From Felis catus (lineage: Eukaryota), in assembly GCF_018350175.1 (NCBI RefSeq), contig NC_058384.1:6014001-6078000 (forward strand): a DNA stretch of 64,000 nucleotides, in the 5' to 3' direction. The notes beneath the pieces are model-generated. The model ran no database searches, was not told where the DNA came from, and worked only from the letters and a program-made list of their open reading frames with translations. Both the position numbers and the translations under genes were made by a program. Below are positions 1-10,990 of the stretch, one piece after another (position 1 is the stretch's first letter; every line of letters starts with the position of its first letter).

Positions 1-1287
1 TTTTCTGGGTGTTGAGTTTATATGTGGTGGATAATAACTGTTTATTGCAAAGTCCATCATTTCCTAAATTGTTTATACTTTGATATAGAACAAAGGAAGG
101 TAACTCCTCTTTGGTAATCACAGGCATTAAAAAAATCAGGGCAGTCTTATGCTATTTAAAAAGAAAAATCCATCTGAACTTAATGCCTGTATCCAGAAGT
201 TTTCATGGCTCAATATAACCTTCATCCAAGTGACCAACTCTTGGTACCAACTGTACTTCCATATTTTTATTTTTGATTTTGGGGGCATGTTTATATATTG
301 TAGGCTCTTTAGAGATAAAACTTCACAGTGTTCAACTTAAAATTCTTTGAGTTCAATTTTGAGAAATTAGCCAAGGCAAGAGTTTAAATATTTAATATCA
401 TCGATGTAGGTAATGATCTATGAAAAAGGCAATGTGTTGTGTCACATATTTTGTCAAACAGAAATATAAACAAACAAAAGAAATATAAACAAATGTAAAG
501 AAGATACTATTTCAATTAATTTTGTGCCTTGAACACCCATTAGCTTTCATCTATTTTTTTTGGCAATAGCTGATCATTTTTTTATACATGTGAGCCCATA
601 AGCACATGCCTAAATAAGAAACAACAGAAAATACTTGTACCACAGGAATTTAAAACTGAAGTTTTCACTGAGATCCCAAAACACGAAAATCATGAAATTT
701 CAAGTTAGGTAAGCATCATGAAGGAAGTAGCTCAAAGTCTATTCCATAACTCAAATGCTCTCATTTACTTTAAGAATCAATATAAAAGAGCAGAGAAAAT
801 TTGAGAGAGAGATTTGTGAAGGGATTAGACTAGGGAAAGCCGAGGTCGCCATCTCTACTGGGGAGAGGGTCGGGGATGTTTCTTCAGCTCATGCCAGGGG
901 CTGCCATGGGATCAGTGGAGAGTGTAGGGTATGTTCCCTGCAATGAGGTGATTCTGTGGAACCTGGGAAACAGGCTTCCCAACTGCTTCTGTGGCAGAAC
1001 CAAGACAGAAAGGGTGGCCTGCAGAGCAAAGTGTGTATGAGTGTGTCCCTTGGCCCAGATAAAGTGCCTGGGGAAAGAGACCTGGCCTGGTGCCATCTTG
1101 AGTCCCGCCCAGGAGACCTGCCTGAGGGTGAGAGAACTCCTGTAGGGAGACTCCCGTAGTGCTGAGAAAACACAAGCCAGAGGTCCTGAGGAACAGCCGG
1201 CTGAAGGAATACGTGCATCACTGTTGTCATAGGGGTTGCAGTTAGAGGAGCCCAGATGTGACTCTCCAAAGAGCCCCTGGCCTTCAA

Positions 1288-1457
1288 CACATGCCAGCAG
1301 CGTTAGGGATGTGTGACCTGTTCACACCTCTACACAGGTAGCTCCACTTGGCTCCATGTTTGCCTGTTGCCATCTTGAAATTCTGAATTCTTTTTCAACA
1401 GGGGGCCCAGCATCTTCATTTTGCACTGGGCCCCGCAAAATTGATTGCTTGGTTCTG
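1288..1457 (+). mobile_element. MER45A-like hAT-Tip100 MITE
   Basis: GCCATCTTGAAATTC...CAGGGGGCCCAGCATCTTCATTTTGCACTGGGCCCCGCAAA matches the recalled MER45 ends. Confidence 0.7.
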
Positions 1458-3049
1458 TGTATCAGGCGGAGAGAGTGTAAGACTGGCTCACATGGGTAGC
1501 AGGGTAGCGCTGGAAAAGGACCGCTCGGTCCTTCACCCAAAGACCGACCTGCGGGCTGGGAGAGGAAAACCAGATGGAGAAACAGAGAAGCTGAACTTGC
1601 CTGCTGTCCCCACTACAGTCTTCCAGCCTAAAGAAGGCTCAAATTGTACATCAAATTCAGTGTTTTGATTAAAATATAATTTCCAAATTGAGATGGTGTT
1701 TGCAACTTTACGTGGCCGTAGTTCTGTCTAGGAACTAAAGGTCCAGACAAAAATTCTGAGACTGAATTTGCTCCTACTAAAAAAAAAAAAAAAGCAAGCC
1801 AGTGCTATCTAATGACATATTACAAAGTCAACCATTCAAAGACTTTGCGGCATGTGTGTGGGGGAATCGGCAGGAATAGATTCGAAACATTCTGGCTGAT
1901 TCTGAAAGTATTTTCATTAGCAGGAGAAGCTGTGTTTTAATGGATGGACACACTGCCTGGAATGGAACTGCACCTGCCTGAGACAACCTCAGAAAGGGTT
2001 GAGGTGATCACCTTGGTGAGGGTTGGAAATTTTTCACTGTCAGTACTTCGTGGCTAGCTGAGAAGTTGTCTCCCCAGAGCAGATTCAGAAACAGCGAGAG
2101 GTGCACACCCCCTCGGGAAGTTAAAATTACATCCTAAAATGAGGTTCTGGGAAGACAATATGGATGTGTTAATTTTATTGCTTACCTTGATTCTCCCCCA
2201 CAGCTGGGAATAATAGTTATGTATGTTTGTTGCTTTGGAATTAGATCATGAATTCTAGTTATTTTCCCGTGTTCAGTAACTTTCTGTGGCTCAAGTGTCC
2301 TGAAAGACTACACGTAACGTCCAGAGATGGCTTCAGCTGCTATGAGACTTAGCTAAGACGGAGAAGGACAATATGAATGAAAAGATGTTCATTCATGTTC
2401 AGGGATATAGAAGGGAGAGAAAATCTGACAAGAAAATAAGAGCGAGAGTGTGGAGGGCTTTAAGCATCCCAGTTTTGTGGCATCAGATTGGTGACATCCG
2501 TTCCTTACATATTCTCATGTGTTACTAACACAAACACTTGACCTACACCTTAAGAGAGACAGCTTTGAAAAAGACAATTCATACTAATCACTATTGCAAC
2601 AGACTCTCTTGCTACTTACACCTAGATTTAAAAACTATGCTCTTTTGGAAATTGCTCTATTCATTAATTAGAGCTGTAGATTTAACATGGTTATTTCAGA
2701 AACCAACTGTGGGAGAGACTGGCTGGCTATTCATCAAAACTATTCCTCCTTCCCCTCCTTCTCCTCCTCCTTTTTTATTTTTTTCTATCCTGGGCTAGAC
2801 TCTGTTTCATGGCCTGCCTTATAGGTAGGTGGCTCCGGAGAGTTCTGACAACTCTTTCCCCTCTTCTGCCTGTTTGGTGTCTTGATTATGCACTGAATGT
2901 ATCGAAACTCTAACATGGAAGAAACATGGGCCCCCAGCATTTTTAAGAATAAATGTATAAAGGAGACTTGCTTGCATTCAGAAACTTAACATGGATGAGA
3001 AATACACTTGTGTGCCAGGAGAGATTTCTGTATTTATTTGTGATAGCAG

Positions 3050-3300
3050 CTAGTGTTATGTTAATGAACATATTCCCATTGAGGATAACGGAATTTTAGC
3101 CTGCTGTCTACTCACTACATTTTAGATACCATCTAATATTTCATCACATTCAATTCTCATAATAAGCCGTTGAAGCAGTTGTAATTGTCACTTCACAAAT
3201 GAAGAAATTAAGGCTTAGGAAAGTTAAGCAACTTGCTGGACACATAAATTCTGAGAGACGATTTGAACACAGGTCTGCAAGTCTCCAAAGTGCATTCATG
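3050..3300 (-). mobile_element. MIR SINE
   Basis: Core ACAAATGAAGAAATTAAGGCTTAGGAAAGTTAAGCAACTTGC...GATTTGAACACAGGTCTG. Confidence 0.7.
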
Positions 3301-3359
3301 ATCTTACCAATAAGCCATCCTGGAGTCAAGTATTGTATAAACTGGACATAGGGGACAGA

Positions 3360-3470
3360 TTTTTCATTTGTTCATTCATGCACTCATTAATTTATTCAAC
3401 AAACACTTACTCTGTGCGTACTTTGTGCCATTTCCATTTCCGATCCTAGACACTGGAGACAAGATACCCT
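3360..3470 (-). mobile_element. L2 3' end fragment
   Basis: (TTCA)n-like tail followed by CAACAAACACTTACT...TGTGCCA. Confidence 0.55.
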
Positions 3471-3611
3471 TTTTATGCAGAGAAGTGGTAGCTGCTGTCC
3501 TGAAATTTTAAATGTACTTCCAGTTTAAGTAACTCCCTTTAAATGGCGGAAATACTAAGAAATAGCTCTCAGTATCTAATTTAGTCATTGGTGGTCAAGA
3601 AGAGTAAAGAC

Positions 3612-3857
3612 TTTTTTTAAAAAAATTTTTTTGTAATGTTTATTTCTCAGAGAGAGAGAGAGCGCGCGCGCGCGCGCGCGCGCGCGCGCGCGCGCGCACA
3701 AGTGGGGGAGGGGCAGAGAGAGAGGGAGACACAGAAACCGAAGCAGTCTCCAGGCTCTGAGCTGTCTGCACAGAGCCCGAGGCGGGGCTTGACCTCACAA
3801 ACCGCAAGATCATGACCTGAGCGGAAGTGGGACGCTTAACAAACGAGGCACCCAGGC
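3612..3857 (-). mobile_element. SINEC_Fc-type CAN-SINE carrying (GC)18
   Basis: Antisense tRNA-like head (CACCCAGGC), AG-rich body, T-rich tail. Confidence 0.93.
3662..3697. repeat. (GC)18 pure dinucleotide repeat
   Basis: Direct reading; follows (AG)7 inside a SINE. Confidence 0.95.
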
Positions 3858-4085
3858 TTTTCTTTTCTTTTTAATTTTTTTTAATGTTTATTTATTTTTG
3901 AGACAGAGAGAGACAGAGCATGAACGGGGGAGGGTCAGAGAGAGAGGGAGACACAGAACCTGAAACAGGCTCCAGGCTCTGAGCAGTCAGCACAGAGCCC
4001 AATGCGGGGCTCGAACCCACATACCATGAGATCGTGACCTGAGCTGAAGTCGGCCGCTTAACCGACTGAGCCACCCAGGCGCCCC
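3858..4085 (-). mobile_element. SINEC_Fc, tandem with the previous copy
   Basis: Full-length antisense copy ending GAGCCACCCAGGCGCCCC. Confidence 0.95.
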
Positions 4086-5928
4086 TAGATTTTTCTTAAG
4101 ATGCCTAAGTTACTACTACTGAGAGATGTTACCCGAGAATATCTGGCTTAATACAGAAGGAGGGCTTTCTCTCCGAAATTTAAGAGGGACATTCATTCCC
4201 ATGGACAAACCGTGCTCTGCTCCCGGTATGATTGCCATGTGAGGACAATGAAGAGGAGAAATCTAGCATACGCTCCGCATGGAGTACCATCACACTGTTA
4301 ATTGTCAGATTCTGCCAATTTCATGATGGCACAGTATGGGGGAAAGAACAATCCTATTTAAATAGCTCTATAATAATTCTATTATAAAAGCTGACATGAT
4401 TTTATTATAGAAATTTATGAAACTACTATAGAAGAGCAAAGTAGAGCAGAAATAAAAGTTTCTAATTTTTCAAAAAAAAAAAAAAGCCTGGAGTATGTAG
4501 TTCACTGTAGTTTATACAATACTTAATTTTAGGGTGTAACCCACCTAAGATTTACTATAATATGGTGAGACTAGATGAAATAGTTCGAGGCAGTTTGGCT
4601 TGTAAAACAAATTTGGTTCTCACAAAAATGTTGTTAAAATCAAAAAACAAATGAAAATTAAAATTGATAAGAGATATTAGTAATTCAGAACACCGCAACT
4701 CTCACAGTTAAATATTTGTAAGAGCGTTGGAGACACTTTTTAGGGCTGGTATCATAAGGGATTGTTTTCTTCAACATGAGAAGTGGGTTGGGTTACTATA
4801 GAACAAAATTCTGACCCAATATTGTGTCTTACAGGAAGAAATCTCTAACAGAATCATTTTGCAGATGGGGACTGTTAGAGGCCTGATAATTATGGCAATA
4901 AATGGCGTCCATTTTACACCCTGTAAACTGGATTAAGGATCAGTCTACTATCTATTAATCAGTTCTTGATGTGTTGGGAAACATGGGGAAAATTGAGGAC
5001 TTTTTTCCGTGGGGTGGATTGCGTATCTTAAAAAGGCAAATTTTATTCTAGAATCGTCGGGGAAAGGTTTCCCTCGCAAACGGAGAAAATTGGCCCACCT
5101 CCCCCGTTTCTTCTTACGTTTTAGACTCTTGTCCACACATAGTATACAAGAAGGACTACCCTCACAATGTTGTCTGGCCATGGAAAAGCAGAGAAGGAAG
5201 TGCACGTCAGGAGGAATCCTTCAAACCAGAAGCACTAGTAAGAATCTTGCACTGGGAGAAACAGGTACATCAACAAGGCTAGAACCACGTGGTGAAACAA
5301 TACGGATTTTTCAAAGTGTTCCAGAGGCGACAGAACATGGTGTCAGAAAAAATAAACTTCCTTTGTAACTTTATGGACTGTTGCATGGGAAACTATGGCC
5401 ATCTTGCAAAACTGGTGTCTCCACTGCAAATATTCTCAGGAGCCATGAAGTTCAAAGGAAAGAAATGGTATCTTCTTCGTAGTGAATGCAGTACATCATG
5501 GCTTCCCCAAAGTCAACGAAAACTAGTATCCCTAAAAAGGGTGTCATTTTAAGAGTGAATTCCGATGCCAGGGCCAGCTGTCCTCCCGGTGCGGTCACGA
5601 CTGCGGCCCGGAGCGCGGGGCCGGCTCTCCCGAGAGGTGTTCTCGGGCCGGGCGGCCAGGTCTCCCGGGAGGGTCGGGGAGGGCCGGGCGCTCGGGACCG
5701 AGCACCGGGGCGCCTAGGGTGGGGTCCGCTCGCCGCCCGCTCCCGGCACCCGGGCTCCCCTCCGCACCGGGCACCGCCCACCTCCCCGGGGCGGCAGCGG
5801 CGGCGGCGGGGGGCAGCGGGCAGCGGGCCTCGGGGGCCGCCGCGGGCCACGAGGGCGCGGGGAGAGCCAAAACTTCCCGCCCAGGAGCGCCGGCCCCCGC
5901 TGCCGGCTCCGCCGGGCTGGGGGGATGT

Positions 5929-5938
5929 TCTCGCGAGA
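5929..5938. promoter_or_regulatory. TCTCGCGAGA palindrome (CGCG element, BANP motif)
   Basis: Exact 10-bp match inside the CpG island. Confidence 0.7.
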
Positions 5939-6414
5939 GGAGAGGGGGCGCGGGGCGCCGCGGCTTTGGGGGGCGCGGGGAAGCCTGCNNNNNNNNNNNN
6001 NNNNNNNNNNNNNNNNNNNNNNNNNNNNNNNNNNNNNNNNNNNNNNNNNNNNNNNNNNNNNNNNNNNNNNNNNNNNNNNNNNNNNNNNNNNNNNNNNNNN
6101 NNNNNNNNNNNNNNNNNNNNNNNNNNNNNNNNNNNNNNNNNNNNNNNNNNNNNNNNNNNNNNNNNNNNNNNNNNNNNNNNNNNNNNNNNNNNNNNNNNNN
6201 NNNNNNNNNNNNNNNNNNNNNNNNNNNNNNNNNNNNNNNNNNNNNNNNNNGGCGCGGCCCCCGAGAGGAGGCCGCAGACCCCCGACCCGCGCCGGGCGCG
6301 CCCCAGGGCCCGGAGCCTCCGCCCGCCGCCGCCTAGCCGGCGTGACCCGGCCCCCGCCCGAGCGGTGTTTTCTGGTGATGAATTGAATTTGTAGCCGATA
6401 TCCGATTCCCATGT

Positions 6415-6744
6415 AGAGTCTCCGCCTCCTCCTCCCCCCCGCCGCCGCCCTCCCTCCGCCCTCCCCTCCCGCCGCCGCCGCCGCCGCCGCCGCCGCCTCC
6501 CGCTCCAGCTCCGCGGCCCGGCCCGGCCGGCTCCCTCCTCCCTCCCCTGCAGCCTTCGCCTGCCCTCCCGCCGGCCGCACCGGGCTCCAGGGGGGNNNNN
6601 NNNNNNNNNNNNNNNNNNNNNNNNNNNNNNNNNNNNNNNNNNNNNNNNNNNNNNNNNNNNNNNNNNNNNNNNNNNNNNNNNNNNNNNNNNNNNNNNNNNN
6701 NNNNNNNNNNNNNNNNNNNNNNNNNNNNNNNNNNNNNNNNGCAG
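6415..6744 (+). other. AKT3: Probable non-coding first exon (5' UTR) of AKT3; start approximate
   Basis: C-rich (GCC)n leader typical of 5' UTRs, ending after a gap in CAG|GTAACA donor at 6744/6745, followed by G-rich intron-like sequence. Confidence 0.5.
6471..6497 (+). repeat. (GCC)9 trinucleotide repeat
   Basis: Direct reading. Confidence 0.95.
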
Positions 6745-7147
6745 GTAACAGCCACCGCCCCCCCTCCCCCCGCTCGCCCCCTCCCCGCCTGGCCTCCACT
6801 CTCTCCGGGCCCCCGGCCCCGGGCCTCCTTCGGGCGGGGGGGGGGGGAGGCGGGGGCGTCTGGGTTGTCACCGCGCCGGGGGCGTGGGCGGGTGCCGGGT
6901 CACCAGAGGCTCGGGTGTGGGTGTGGGTGGGGAGGCCGGGGGATGCCCGGCGCCGCTGACACCGGCACCCCCTCACTTTCCGGGGGAAGCTGGGGGGCGG
7001 CGGCGCGCGCGGGGGGCCGGGGAGGGTGTTCCCGGCCTAGCGGTATCGGCCGCGTCTGCGCTGCCCCGGCCCTGGCGCCTCCAGTCCCTGCGCAGCGCCC
7101 GCTCCCCGCCGGCCCCGGCCGCGCGGCGTGAGGAGGGGGCGCCGCCC

Positions 7148-7172
7148 GGGCGGGGGCGGCGGGCTTATATAA
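7148..7172 (+). promoter_or_regulatory. Two GC boxes followed by TATA-like TTATATAA
   Basis: GGGCGG at 7148-7153 and 7154-7159; TTATATAA at 7165-7172 in otherwise very GC-rich DNA. Confidence 0.45.
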
Positions 7173-7507
7173 CGCGGGGAGCGCCCGTGCCGGCGTGTTT
7201 GGGTTGGGGGGAGGGGGCCGTCTGCCGCGCTCCCCGGCGCGGGGGCTGTCTGCGCGCGCGGGGTGGGGTGCGGGCGAGGATGCACCGGCGTCCCCCGGGG
7301 TCTCCTTCCTCCCCACCCTCCCCTGCTGCCGGCGCGCAGGAAGAGACGGCCCTGAGGGGGAGGTGGGGGTGTGTGTGGGAGGTGGGTAACGTGCTCGTCT
7401 GTGTTTTTAATAGTAGTGGGGTTTTAATCCGCTTGGGAGTTGTGTGCTAAGAATAGAAATGTGCGGAAGATGCTGGGTTTGGCGGATCCAGTGATGCTGT
7501 CGCTGCC

Positions 7508-7525
7508 GGCGGCGGCGGCGGCGGC
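7508..7525 (+). repeat. (GGC)6 trinucleotide repeat
   Basis: Direct reading. Confidence 0.95.
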
Positions 7526-7536
7526 TCTGGCTGCAA

Positions 7537-7544
7537 GTAAACAA
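7537..7544 (+). promoter_or_regulatory. Forkhead/FOXO consensus site GTAAACAA
   Basis: Exact match to the DBE (TTGTTTAC on - strand) within the CpG island. Confidence 0.45.
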
Positions 7545-10500
7545 ACCAGCCTCTTCCTCGTCCACCTCCTCCTCCTGCGCATCGGTCTGCATCAGCCATG
7601 ATGCTGGCTGGGCCCTCGGAGCCCAAAGTTGAAGCCTGGCTGGTCGCGGTGCTCACCCTGATTCCCAGGCGGGGGTCACTCCCTGTTCGGGATTACCCGG
7701 GGATCTTCGTTTAGGCTGGATTGAGTCTCTTTGGGGCCAGGTCTTCAATACCGATATTTACTGTTTATCTTCTGAAAGCTGAGGAAAGGCTTAACCATGA
7801 GGGTAGGGTAGGTAGGGTGCTCCCATTTCTTGCATCAAGAGAACGTTATGAAAATAAAACCCAACTCATTTCACCAGTGTGGTAATTGGTTGAGAGCCCA
7901 GTAGTTTGTAATAGATGACGTTTCAAATAGAAAATCAACAGCGAGACCTACGTGTGTATATTGATTAAGTAGTACTGTCAATACAGTGCTTATGCTTTAT
8001 TAGTTCACCTTGTAGCTAAAAGCTGTGAAATGATGACTTTTGGCAGTTAATATCTTGCCAACTGCCTCAAGTCTTCAAGCTAGGTATGTGTTCCATATTT
8101 GGTAAGGCATGGTCATTTTATATCTTTTAGTAGACTGTAAATTACTAGAAAACCCCTGGGTTTTGTCTTTGGTGGAAACTCATTAAATTAGGTTATACGT
8201 TGTTAGGAAATAATTGGAAAAGCCAAAGCTTTAAGAGTCCTGTAAACATGGTTTAGGAAAGTTTGTTTTCAGAACTTCAGTATCATAGCAAAATACGTGT
8301 AAATGAATGAATATTCCAGGAGGTGGTTGTCTAAAACACACACCCATTCAAGAAGTGCTTGTCTAAAACATGAAAATACTTCTTATTAAGATATCCAATT
8401 TTGAGTAAATGGCCAGCTTTCTAAGGTGAATGCCCAATAATTTGGGCGATCTGTATCAGGACTGTAGATTTTTTTTTTTTTTTTTACCTTTGCCAACACA
8501 TGATCTTGACTTTCCAAGTTTACCAAGGACACTGTATTTGAAGACCTGCTTTTTGTTTTTTTCTCACTAGGGTTGACCCCAATATCTTTAATTGGCTTGA
8601 GCTTCTAATTTTAAAGTGAGGGAGTGCATGTATCACATGAATGAGACAACACTGGAATTTAGATGAATGTAGAGTTACAGTTTTCAGTTGTATGTTTGTG
8701 GTATGTGTTTGTAGTAGTAAGGTTTCCTACAGCATTTAAAAAATATCTAAAGTAATCCTATAAAAAAACCCCCAAAACTTAGGAAACTATTATTTGCATC
8801 CATTTTACCCCCTACACTTAGTCTTTCTGTAATGATTACTTTAGTGAGTTGTTTTCCAACTTAAAAATTTTTGGTTTGACATTGCCTCCTAGTTTAAGTT
8901 GTGTGTGTGAAGGTACTTAAGGGTTCAGCTTTGGACTTTTTGGTCCATGTAATTTTATAGCTGTAAAAGATTTTAAATAAGATTTCATTCATTCCTCCAA
9001 CAAATTATTAGAGTGTGAACTGTGTTGCTAGGGGGGCTCATTTGATTATGAACTTTTCTTATTTACATTTCATTTAGAAGATTACTACCATTAGAAAGAG
9101 AATTTGTTTTCAGAATCATTGTAAATCTAAACATGTTTTGGTTAAACATATCCTAGGACAAATGTACTTAGCATAATGGAGTCTTGTGCAAAGTAGGGAT
9201 TTAAGATTTTTTTAAGCCCTAGGTTTTGATTTAAACATATGAGGGATTTTATTTCTTAAAAATTTCAGTGGAAATTTCCAACTATTTGGGTTTCTTTTAA
9301 AAAGAGGAACCTGTTTTACAAATTGATTTTGTGGAAGTTTACAGTTGGCTTAAATTTTGCATATTTTTGTGAAAAGATAACTACACTTTCTTTTCATCAC
9401 TTTCTTTTCACTTTCTTTTATCACTTTCTTTAATCTTCACACTTTTCAGTTCAAGAATTCACCCTTGAGAAGATAAGGCAATTATTGTTAAGGACATGTT
9501 AATTGGATTTTTAGCATGATTGGATAGGATCTTGTCTGTATAATGTGATTAAGTTTGAAGCATTAAAAAATATTTGATTTACAAGACTTTGTATTTGAAT
9601 AAGATAAGAGGCAGCACAGAAAAGTAAACCATTTCATTTGTTTTGAGCAAGTCAGTCTTAATTTGACTCGCAGTTTTGTTTTTCTCAATATATGTTAGTG
9701 CACATAATGAATTTTTGTAGATTTGTGTTAGAATGTGTAAGTCATTCCAAGTTGGTCAGTTTTTGACTCCAGGTTTTCAGGAGTGTGCATTGTTTTTCTA
9801 AATCCTGGTTTCGGACAGCGTGCGCTTCTCTGTAGTCACCTGGAAGGTTAGCCCTGGGTCACGTGATGTTAACTGAAAACTTTATCACTTTCACGTATGA
9901 CAGATAGAGTTAGGTTAGGTTTAGAGTCAGTGCTGCTGGTGCCTTGGTGAGAACTTGCTACGTGCCGGGCGCTGTTCCGTGTGTCCGCTTGTTTAGGCTT
10001 CCCGACAGCCCCTGCTACACTTTTGAAAGTGGTTTTCATAGGAGAAAACACGTACTAGTCCGGTATGATGAAAATCCATTTCAGTGGAATGCTCCTTATT
10101 CTGAAACACTTTTTTCCTTCATTTTTTTCCTAAGTTGCTGGTACCTGTCCTTAGACTTCATGGTGACATACTCAACTTTGATAACGCATACAGTACAGTA
10201 ATTTCCACTGAAATCGTGTTAATATAGTAAAACAAAGTATACCGATGGATCCATAACATTCTCTCTCGCATAGGTTATGTCAGAGGCCAGGTTAAATGCC
10301 ACAAATGTTTACATATAATACCATAGCACCGTAAACACATTTCCTTTGTCAGGTGATTGTCACATAGTTGTTGATAGATAATATATGTTTCTTGACCTGT
10401 AGATTTGCTTTTTGGTTGTCTTCTCAATATTGTCTTGATATTCATTCATCACCAGCAGCAGCCAGTTCACATTTTGTAAATGGGTATATTTTGCTAATCT

Positions 10501-10859
10501 TCCGAGGAGAAAGTAAAATGACTTACCAGAAGAAATCTCTAGAAGATGCTCAAGTGAGGAGTTTTCTCTCTTGTGTTAATTACCAAAGCCTCTGACTCTG
10601 TCTGGGAGACTGGGGATGGGATGGGGAGGAAGATGGTCTTTTGCCAGGATTGGAGTTCAGTCCAGTTTTTGTTGAAGTGGAATTTGGTGTTTGATCTTCC
10701 CAGCCACATAGGAGCCTTTTGAAGACGGGAACTGTGTATAATCATGATAGTGTCACCTAAGATGCCATCTGTAAGCCAGGTGGATACTCAGTGGATTTGA
10801 ACTTGAAGAATCCTAACTCGTAGCTCTGGAAGAGCTGTGAAGCTATTTATGTTCATCGA

Positions 10860-10990
10860 ATGCTACACTTTTATTTTAATGGCTAAGAAAACGGAAGCAC
10901 AGAGAATTAAAGGACCTCATATAGCATCACCCGGGGTGGGGCAGAGTTGGGAACAGGGACCCCAGTTTCTGGGCCTGCCCAGTGTTTTCT
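10860..10990 (-). mobile_element. MIR fragment
   Basis: AAGAAAACGGAAGCACAGAGAATTAAAGGACC...GGCAGAGTTGGGA core. Confidence 0.5.

Larger units (their letters stand above)
5560..7700 (+). promoter_or_regulatory. AKT3: CpG island / AKT3 promoter
   Basis: Very high GC and CpG density against AT-rich flanks, many GGGCGG boxes, about 10 kb upstream of the first coding exon; two N-gaps inside. Confidence 0.92.

Noticed and set aside
5452-7656. Long ORFs (up to 420 aa) on both strands over the CpG island
   Set aside because: Low-complexity Arg/Gly/Pro/Ala translations expected from stop-poor GC-rich DNA, inflated by N-gaps; no recognisable domain
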